Positions 40,907-48,059 of a stretch of DNA of 64,000 bases are shown one piece after another. Position numbers and translations under genes: made by a program. Numbering within the stretch: the stretch's first letter is position 1; every line of letters begins with the position of its first letter. The notes under the pieces are model-generated. The model was not told the origin of the DNA. It saw only the letters and a program-made list of their open reading frames with translations, and made no database searches. The DNA is from Polyangiaceae bacterium (lineage in GTDB: Bacteria; Myxococcota_A; Polyangia; Polyangiales; Polyangiaceae), in the NCBI GenBank assembly GCA_044376115.1, contig JBILLK010000011.1, forward strand, positions 224,001 to 288,000. Direction: 5' to 3'.

Positions 40907-41644
40907 TCATTCGCCGAACAGACCGCTCGCACAATGGTGCTGAAGCTTTCTTCGCGATACGTCCGAGCGTCGTAGCTCGATATGTTGCTTTAGCTGTGCG
41001 TGGAAACCGCGCTCTTGCGTGTTCCAATGGGGTCCCACGAGAAGGTGAGGGAGGCACCCTTTTGCCGCAACGTCAGCCGCTGAAACGTCAGGCCCGTAGA
41101 TATGTATTTCCAAGCCGTGGCGCAGCCCGCCCAATAGCTCGATAGCAAATAGCCGCCAATCCGCGCCCCAATTCCCGGTGGTGCCGAGTCGCTCGTGCGT
41201 AGGGTCCATGACCGCGGGGAGCTCTTCCCATATTGCGCCGAGATCTTCGTTTGAAAGTGAGCTTCCATCGCTAAACCTGATGCGGCCTTCGTCTCCGCTG
41301 GCCGCCCTCTCTTGGGGTAGGAGGTCGAGTTGCTCGTCGAAGAAGGCGCTTACGCCCTCTGCGGCGGCAGATGAAGCGTCCACCGCCGGGGTGAAGCAGG
41401 CGCCGACTCGGAGACACCCTACGAACGTCTGCACCCACCCGATCTTCGAGTGGCCCGAGTAGCCAACCCGATGCCCCTCCACGAGACCAGCCTCGCGGAG
41501 CAGCTCGGCTACGCGCTTCCCTCCCATCCAAAGGGAGGGTGAGGCGCAAATCCTCTCCGGCGCTCCTGCGCTGTGCTCGATGACCATCGGCAAGGCGCCG
41601 GCGAGCCATCGAGCGCGAAAGTCGCGTAGGAGAGGTTCACTCAC
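40907..41644 (-). CDS. Truncated or degenerate AMP-binding (adenylate-forming)-like protein
   Basis: LREAGLVEGHRV...WVQTFVGCLRVGACFTP resembles the ANL N-terminus; no TSGTTG P-loop; 245 aa; GTGA overlap with the upstream gene. Confidence 0.55.
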   Translation of the reverse strand: MSEPLLRDFRARWLAGALPMVIEHSAGAPERICASPSLWMGGKRVAELLREAGLVEGHRVGYSGHSKIGWVQTFVGCLRVGACFTPAVDASSAAAEGVSAFFDEQLDLLPQERAASGDEGRIRFSDGSSLSNEDLGAIWEELPAVMDPTHERLGTTGNWGADWRLFAIELLGGLRHGLEIHIYGPDVSAADVAAKGCLPHLLVGPHWNTQERGFHAQLKQHIELRRSDVSRRKLQHHCASGLFGE

Positions 41645-43077
41645 TCGGCGCTCGGGGCTTCTTGAATGCGTGAACGCAGGACCTGAAAAGCTCGCTCATC
41701 GAGCAGCCCTGCAGCGCCGCGCGGAGTCAGGACGGCAAAGGCGAACGTCGGCTCGTAGCTGGCGTCCACCATGGCGGCCGGGAGCGCGACTCCTTGCGCC
41801 CGAGTAGGCGCGCCGCTGCCGATGACCTCAACGCTGCGACCCGACGCGAAGGTGACTCGATAGGTCGCCGGCGGCGCCGCCGGGTCGTTACGGAGGTCCA
41901 ACGTAGCCTCCGCTTTCTCGCTCGAGGCGTCGAGCAAGGCGCGACTCGGGAAGCAGACCAACGAGCCCCGGCCTTCAACCACGACGAAGCCCTCTCCGCT
42001 CGCAAGCCCAGCGCGAGGGATCGTAATGATGACCTCGGTTGAGCGACCTTCGGTGTCTGCGACCGACGCGGTGGCGCCCATCACCTCGAGCTCGGCGAGG
42101 AACGTGCTCCAGGTGCTACGTGCGTCCTCATTGGCTTCGAGCGTGCGACTCAGGTCGCCGCGCCCCTCGAACGAAAGCCGCAGCTCCGTTGAGCGTTCAC
42201 CCGAATTCACCGATACGCTGAACTCGGCATGGGCCGGCTTGCCCTGCGCCTGTCGGGCTTCGGGCTTCTCCTGCGCGAAGGCTAGAAGTACGGCTCCGGC
42301 GCCTCGCGTTACATCGGCGAGCTTGCGGGCGAGCCGAAGGTCCACCTTGAGCTCGGGCGACGCCGCTTTGGCCACGGTGATGCGAGCGCCGGTGTCGCGC
42401 GCCATCGCCTCCACACAGTCTGCAAGAATCGGCCAGACGGTGTCGAAGTCAACCGCGAGCACACGGTCGGCCTCTTGTGCGAGATCCGCCAGCATCTTCT
42501 CATAGCGCTTGGTCAGCACATCCAGCCGAGTGGCAGGTAGCGATTGTGCTGTACGTAGCTCGGTTAGGCTGGCCGCTGCGTCAGAGGCCTCCGAGAAGAT
42601 CCGCGCGACGCTCGCGATCTGCCCTTCGCAGTGCTTTAGGAAGCGCTGTGTCCCGTTGACGTCGGGCCCGCCAATCGCGACGGGCTCAACACAAATCGCG
42701 TCGAGCTTTTCCACCTCGGAGGGCATCATGAAGCCTTCCACAGCCGTTAGGATGTCCGCGCAGACCGAGCCTTTGATGAATACCGAGGGCTCCGCTTCGC
42801 CGTCACGGATACACTGATAGTTCATGGTTTGGTTGTAGCGGACCCATTCGGTCTTTAGCTCCAGCCAGAGGAAGCCAATCGAACGGTAAAGCTCCGGCTC
42901 GTCTTCCGGTGCACCGAGCGCGTCGGCCAACTCCGCGATCGAAGCCGCCTTGGACCGCGCATAGTCCATCACCTTGTCCCGGATGGCCTGCTCCACCTTC
43001 ATGTCGTCCAAAAGGCTGGCGACCTGCGGGAGCAACCGCTCCCCCGTCATCTGCTTGAATTTTTCTGATAGCAACAT
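41641..43077 (-). CDS. Unknown helical N-terminal domain fused to degenerate CheA-like HATPase/CheW-like region
   Basis: ATG 43077 after GGAGG; EKPEARQAQGKP, FEGRG, MGATASVADTEGRSTEVIITIP mirror the CheA catalytic layout without the N-box or DxG Asp. Confidence 0.6.
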   Translation of the reverse strand: MLLSEKFKQMTGERLLPQVASLLDDMKVEQAIRDKVMDYARSKAASIAELADALGAPEDEPELYRSIGFLWLELKTEWVRYNQTMNYQCIRDGEAEPSVFIKGSVCADILTAVEGFMMPSEVEKLDAICVEPVAIGGPDVNGTQRFLKHCEGQIASVARIFSEASDAAASLTELRTAQSLPATRLDVLTKRYEKMLADLAQEADRVLAVDFDTVWPILADCVEAMARDTGARITVAKAASPELKVDLRLARKLADVTRGAGAVLLAFAQEKPEARQAQGKPAHAEFSVSVNSGERSTELRLSFEGRGDLSRTLEANEDARSTWSTFLAELEVMGATASVADTEGRSTEVIITIPRAGLASGEGFVVVEGRGSLVCFPSRALLDASSEKAEATLDLRNDPAAPPATYRVTFASGRSVEVIGSGAPTRAQGVALPAAMVDASYEPTFAFAVLTPRGAAGLLDERAFQVLRSRIQEAPSAE

Positions 43078-43132
43078 AGAGTCCTCCGATACCGTCAATG
43101 GTTTCTCAAGATGTCGTTCGAGACGGTCTGAA

Positions 43133-43501
43133 CTACTTCTTGGTGACGAAGACCCAGTTGGTTCGCGAGGGCTTATGGCGATAAAGCCGAATGCCCACGT
43201 TTGTCGGGCGCATCTTATAGGTGAATGTGTAATTGAACTCGACGTCGAGGTCCCCCTTGGCGACGCCATCCTTGAAGCGGCCAAAGAAGAGCCGGTTGTT
43301 GGTGCAGACGGCAATCTGCGTGAAGAAGTTCTTGCCCTCGGTCGTCGCGGGCGAGAAGCCTGCCATCTCAGCTTCCCAGCGATTGTACATCTGGATTATG
43401 CCTGCGTCGTCCACCTTGACGACGCCATAGTTCACAGCGTTTGCCTGATCGCGGGAGATCATATCGAGATTGCTCAAGAGACTGGATTCGACAAATGACA
43501 T
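43133..43501 (-). CDS. pyp: Photoactive yellow protein (PYP) family PAS protein
   Basis: 122 aa; YNRWE (Y42/E46), GKNFF, IAVCTN (C69), FGRFKDGV, YTFTYKMRPT, WVFV align without gaps to canonical PYP. Confidence 0.88.
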   Translation of the reverse strand: MSFVESSLLSNLDMISRDQANAVNYGVVKVDDAGIIQMYNRWEAEMAGFSPATTEGKNFFTQIAVCTNNRLFFGRFKDGVAKGDLDVEFNYTFTYKMRPTNVGIRLYRHKPSRTNWVFVTKK

Positions 43502-43520
43502 GGGATGAGCCTTTCGGGTC

Positions 43521-45173
43521 TCAGCCGAAGATTCTTCGGATGGTCGACGGTTTAGATTGTTGTTCACGTAGTGAGTTGAATTTAGATATAAGTTCAAGCG
43601 GGTCGTGTGAGCCGAGCGCTCTCTCGAGCCGCTCGCGATCCGCCTTCATTGAACGAACTTGGCTCTCCAGGGAGCTGCGATCGTCCTTCTGTTCTTGGCG
43701 CTCTTGGTAAAGGGACTCCACCTGGGCAAGGAGGTTCTCCCGCATCATGCGCTCGCGCTGAATCACGGCGACGGCGGACTCCGAGCCAACTTCATCGAGG
43801 AGCTCCTGCCGCTCTGCATAGAGGGCCTCGACCTGAGCGAGGAGGTTCTGGGCCATGGTCTTGGCGTCGGAGTCGTCATTGCCGGCCGCTTCTCTATCGG
43901 CATAGAGGGCCTCGACCTGAGCGAGGAGGTTCTGGGCCATGGTCTTGGCGTCGGAGTCGTCATTGCCGGCCGCCTCTCTATCGGCATAGAGGGCCTCGAC
44001 CTGAGCGAGGAGGTTCTGGGCCATGGTCTTGGCGTCGGAGTCTTCGCAAGCGGCGGCTTCTCTATCTGCGATAAGCGATTCGACTAGCACGAGGAGGTTC
44101 TGGGCCATGGTCTTGGCCTCGGAGTCGTCGTCGTTGGCTTCTCTATCTGCGATGAGAGACTCGACCTGAATCAGGAGATTCTGGGCCATGGTCTTGGCCT
44201 CGGAGTCTTCGTTGGCAGCGGCTTCTCTATCCGCAATAAGCGATTCGACCAGCACGAGGAGGTTCTGGGCCATGGTCTTGGCCTCGGAGTCTTCGTTGGC
44301 AGCGGCTTCTCTATCCGCGATGAGAGACTCGACCTGAATCAGGAGATTCTGGGCCATGGTCTTGGCCTCGGAGTCGTCGTCGTTGGCTTCTCTATCTGCG
44401 ATGAGAGACTCGACCTGAATCAGGAGATTCTGGGCCATGGTCTTGGCCTCGGAGTCTTCGTTGGCAGCGGCCTCTCTATCTGCGATAAGCGATTCGACCA
44501 GCACGAGGAGGTTTTGGGCCATGGTCTTAGCCTCGGAATCGTCGTCGCCGGCTGTCTCTCTATCCGCGATCAGGGACTCGACCTGTGCGAGCAGGTTGTC
44601 GATGGTCTGCTGCTGACTTGATTGTGCGCGCTCGGATCGTTCGCGCTCTTGATGGAGACCAGCGATTTGGATGCTGAGCCTCTCGACCGTCTCGAGCGAT
44701 CGATGCAGGCTGATCATCAGCTCGTCATTGGCCGGTAAGCTTCGTTCAGCCGGCGCACTCGCTGCTACGTGCTTGGTGGCTTGGCTCTCGCGTTCGGCGT
44801 AAAGGGTCTCGAGCTGCGCGGATAGGTTCTCTACCGTTGCCGTGAGCTTCTCCACCTCACGTTCGACTGGTGAGAGCTCGAGCCGTGCGCTGAGTTGGGC
44901 AGCCGGCGATTCAGCCTGCGGCGGAATGACCGAGTCTTGCTGAACCTCGACGGCGTCTCCTGGCGTCACCAGCTGGTCAACGAACTGGCTCCACATTTGA
45001 ACTGGGGATGGTGGGCGCAGTTTTTGGCGTCGCGGGCTGACCTCCGTAGGTCCGCCCACGCGGCGCACGACTTCCAAGGCAATCAGCAGGTCACGTACGC
45101 TAACTTCCTCGCCTTGGATTCGTACTAACGTATCCTCCGCCTGTTGATCGTTGTGTGCGAGCCTATGGGTCAT
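43521..45173 (-). CDS. Helical/coiled-coil tandem-repeat protein, first gene of the PYP operon
   Basis: ATG after GAGGAG; nine near-identical 27-28 aa units; ends about 20 nt before the pyp start. Confidence 0.85.
   Translation of the reverse strand: MTHRLAHNDQQAEDTLVRIQGEEVSVRDLLIALEVVRRVGGPTEVSPRRQKLRPPSPVQMWSQFVDQLVTPGDAVEVQQDSVIPPQAESPAAQLSARLELSPVEREVEKLTATVENLSAQLETLYAERESQATKHVAASAPAERSLPANDELMISLHRSLETVERLSIQIAGLHQERERSERAQSSQQQTIDNLLAQVESLIADRETAGDDDSEAKTMAQNLLVLVESLIADREAAANEDSEAKTMAQNLLIQVESLIADREANDDDSEAKTMAQNLLIQVESLIADREAAANEDSEAKTMAQNLLVLVESLIADREAAANEDSEAKTMAQNLLIQVESLIADREANDDDSEAKTMAQNLLVLVESLIADREAAACEDSDAKTMAQNLLAQVEALYADREAAGNDDSDAKTMAQNLLAQVEALYADREAAGNDDSDAKTMAQNLLAQVEALYAERQELLDEVGSESAVAVIQRERMMRENLLAQVESLYQERQEQKDDRSSLESQVRSMKADRERLERALGSHDPLELISKFNSLREQQSKPSTIRRIFG
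43812..44598 (-). repeat. Coding tandem repeat, 81/84-nt units, 9 copies plus 1 degenerate
   Basis: Recurrent TGGGCCATGGTCTT core; protein unit DS(E/D)AKTMAQNLLxxVE(S/A)L(I/Y)ADRExxxx. Confidence 0.95.
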
Positions 45174-45262
45174 TCCGGGTCTCCTCGGGATGCCCGGGAG
45201 AACGGACCAACAGCGCGGCGATATAAGGTTTGTTTGTTTTAGAAGACCACTACCGTGTGCCG

Positions 45263-46279
45263 TTACGTCGGCGAAAAACTCCAGTACGTAGAACTACTGA
45301 TCGGTGTTCCTGCGGACTCATTGGGTGATAGTCGGCCGATGCGCAGCCAAGGATTTGGCAGTTTGAGTTGTAAGGCCGTCGCTGCGATTGTTATGTAAGA
45401 GGATAGTTGCTTGTGCGCTGACCTGGACCAAGACTCGCCGCGCAGGTTCGCCAGGAGGAGCTCCATGCAGGTGTTACCGCAGCGTTCCCCAATCCCCATC
45501 GCCGTCGCGTGAATACGATCGACGCCGCACTCAGCCGCGGTGAGGGCATTGGCGAGTGCAAGCCCACGATCATTGTGGCCATGGAAATCGAGGGAAGTAT
45601 CCGTAAAGCCCCGGTCAGAAAGGAGCTGCTTTACATAGCGGACCAGGGTGCGCACGCCGTTCTGATCGGCGTGACCAACGGTGTCTGCGATGCAAAGTCT
45701 GCTGGCTCCTGCATCGAGCGCAGTAAGGAGCAGGGGGGTCAGGACAGCTGGTGCGCTGCGAGTCGTGTCTTCCGTCACGAAGGTGACCTCGAGACCCGCA
45801 CGCGACGCTATGTTTACGGCCGAGCGGGTTCGCTCTATCAGCTCGTTTAGCCTCCAACCCTCTGCGTAGGCGCGTATCGAACTCGAGCCGATGAACGTGT
45901 GCGCTTCTACCTTCGCTCCCGTTTGGTCGCAGACCTGCAGGATAGTCCGTATATCTGCTGATAACGTTCTTCCCGCGAGCACCGGTATGAGCGGGAGCCG
46001 CTGACGTTCAATCTCCGTCACAAGCCGAATAGCGTCGTCTTTCGCCCGCGTGGATGCTGCGGGAATACCGAGATTGACGGCATTGATGCCTAGTTTTGGC
46101 ATCGCGTGAAGCAGCTCTAGTTTTTCTCGCAGACTGGGGTGCCTTGCTGAGGGGCACTGAAGCCCGTCACGTAACGTTTCATCGAGTACATGCGTCGCCT
46201 GAAAAGCGGAAAGTAACGAGTCATTCCGCCGAATGCGGATGCATTGATTCCAGTCGTAGGGTGCTCTCGGATCGTTCAT
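45263..46279 (-). CDS. LeuA-like (DRE-TIM) acyl-CoA condensing enzyme lacking a regulatory domain
   Basis: DETLRDGLQ, CIADTVG, HGHNDRGLA, GIGERCGN; 338 aa. Confidence 0.85.
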   Translation of the reverse strand: MNDPRAPYDWNQCIRIRRNDSLLSAFQATHVLDETLRDGLQCPSARHPSLREKLELLHAMPKLGINAVNLGIPAASTRAKDDAIRLVTEIERQRLPLIPVLAGRTLSADIRTILQVCDQTGAKVEAHTFIGSSSIRAYAEGWRLNELIERTRSAVNIASRAGLEVTFVTEDTTRSAPAVLTPLLLTALDAGASRLCIADTVGHADQNGVRTLVRYVKQLLSDRGFTDTSLDFHGHNDRGLALANALTAAECGVDRIHATAMGIGERCGNTCMELLLANLRGESWSRSAHKQLSSYITIAATALQLKLPNPWLRIGRLSPNESAGTPISSSTYWSFSPT

Positions 46280-46430
46280 GCGTCACTGAGGCTCAGCATC
46301 AAGTGTGCCGCGGCCGCGGGCTAATGCGCTATGCACTGCGCGCTTAAGCGATTGTTTGGTTGCGCGCTTTGCAACGGTGCGGTCGGCCGCGTCGTCTTGC
46401 TGGACGACCCAAACCCGACGAGGAGTGGCT

Positions 46431-47948
46431 ATGTCGAACGAGTCCAAAGAATCGCCTGCAGTGGACCCCAGCCTGCTCGTCGAGGTGGGCAACACGAAGA
46501 TCCCAATGAGCGAGCTGATCATGGCGCTCGACCTGTTGAAGGGTGTCAGCGGGAGGAGCCCCGTACCTCGCCCGCATCGGCCCTCAGCCAAGGACGCCGT
46601 TCGTATGTGGAATCAGTTCGTCCAAGACCTCGTTGAACCGCAGTCGGGTGAGCAGGCTTGCGATACCGACGCGAAGGCTGCGCAGATTGAGCTAGCGGCC
46701 TCCGTCGTGCGCGCTGACCAAGTCACGCAGGAGCTTACCGAGCTAAAGGAGAAGTTCGCGACGCTCTCCCAGCTTCACACGGACGAGCGTGCCAACAGTG
46801 AAGCCCTGGCGACAGCGCTCGGCGTTGCTCGGGCTGCAGCCGAGACTCAGCGTGTCGAGCTAAGCACGCTTCAAGAGCAGCTGGATAGCTCAGCCTCTTT
46901 GGCGGCCGAGAAGGATGCTGCGATCGTTGAGCTCGCTGAAGCCGAGAAAGCGTACGAGAACGTTGGACAAGAGTTAGGCAGAGTGATCGCAGAGCGCGAT
47001 GGGCTCGCACACTCGCTGGCCGAGGTGGCTGCACGAGCCGAACAGCAGCGCGCCGACGCCGAACAATTGCGAGCCTCGTTGCAAGCGAGCCAAACGCAGG
47101 TTGAAGCGTTAGCGACGGCGGCTGCTCAAGCTGAGGCGGTTCACGCGGAGGCTTGCGCAGGCCTTGTCGCGGCGCATGCGGCAGCACTCGCTGCTAGCGA
47201 CGAGGCGCACTCGATTGCTCTCGCGAGTCAGTTGGAGGCGCATGCCGCAGAGGTTGCGAGCCTCAAAGCCGAGAATGCCGAAGTCTCAGCGGGTGGGGTT
47301 CAGTTGGCGCGGACGCTGGCGGCGGCCCTGGTTGAGCAACAGGCGGCAACGAACCGTGCCGAGCAGCTGCAGAGCCAGCTCGCGTTGCAGGCGTCGACGC
47401 AGCATGAGTGTACGACTGCGTTGCACGCTCTCGAATCCCGCCACGCCGAGTTGCAGGGCGTGCACGAAGCGATGCAAGCGAGGGTGCTCGAACTCGAGGC
47501 TCAGCTCGCGGAGGGTGAGCCTCAGGTCGCTGAGGCGCACGTCGCTGAGCCATGCGTGAACTGTGCCTCGCTCGAGGGGCAAGTCGACTCGCTGCAGATT
47601 GCGGTTCAACGGGCGGCTGACATCCATGCCAGTCTTGTTCAGCACGCAGCCAAGTTGCACGCCGACAAGCGCCAGTTGGCTGATGCCATCGGTGGGGAAG
47701 ACCCGCTTGAGACGCTGCGAGTGGAGCGTGCCAACGCCGCAAATGTGGTGGCCTACGCCGCAAGCTTGCATGCAGAGCTCTGCTACGAGAGTTCGCTACC
47801 AACTCAGTCTCCCCCGCCCGTGAGCCCAAGCGCGGAGCAACCCGTGGAGGAGCTGGCTCCGTCCTATGCCGAAGCTTCTTCGAGCGAGCGGATGCCGCTG
47901 GCCTCCACGCGGCCGAATCCACGCAGCGAAGCCCCCGCTCTCAACTAG
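46431..47948 (+). CDS. Coiled-coil protein paralogous to the PYP-operon repeat protein
   Basis: ATG after AGGAG; Ala/Glu/Gln-rich heptads; N- and C-terminal blocks shared with 43521-45173. Confidence 0.75.
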   Translation: MSNESKESPAVDPSLLVEVGNTKIPMSELIMALDLLKGVSGRSPVPRPHRPSAKDAVRMWNQFVQDLVEPQSGEQACDTDAKAAQIELAASVVRADQVTQELTELKEKFATLSQLHTDERANSEALATALGVARAAAETQRVELSTLQEQLDSSASLAAEKDAAIVELAEAEKAYENVGQELGRVIAERDGLAHSLAEVAARAEQQRADAEQLRASLQASQTQVEALATAAAQAEAVHAEACAGLVAAHAAALAASDEAHSIALASQLEAHAAEVASLKAENAEVSAGGVQLARTLAAALVEQQAATNRAEQLQSQLALQASTQHECTTALHALESRHAELQGVHEAMQARVLELEAQLAEGEPQVAEAHVAEPCVNCASLEGQVDSLQIAVQRAADIHASLVQHAAKLHADKRQLADAIGGEDPLETLRVERANAANVVAYAASLHAELCYESSLPTQSPPPVSPSAEQPVEELAPSYAEASSSERMPLASTRPNPRSEAPALN

Positions 47949-48059
47949 GCGCCGCAGCCCTCTGCAATTCTTCGTGGCCGCTCTCGCAGGGACGCGGTAG
48001 GTGCCTTTGGCCGGCTCTTGCCGGAGCGAGCATCTAGCGTAGTGAGCGAGGGTTTTGCC

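Noticed and set aside
43812..44598. Regular 81/84-nt repeat as a CRISPR array
   Set aside because: Whole units are repeated with no unique spacers, unit lengths are multiples of three inside an open frame, and there are no cas genes
46357..46373. Possible sigma-54 promoter TGGTTGCGCGCTTTGCA upstream of the 46431 gene
   Set aside because: GG-to-GC spacing is 11 nt rather than the required 10
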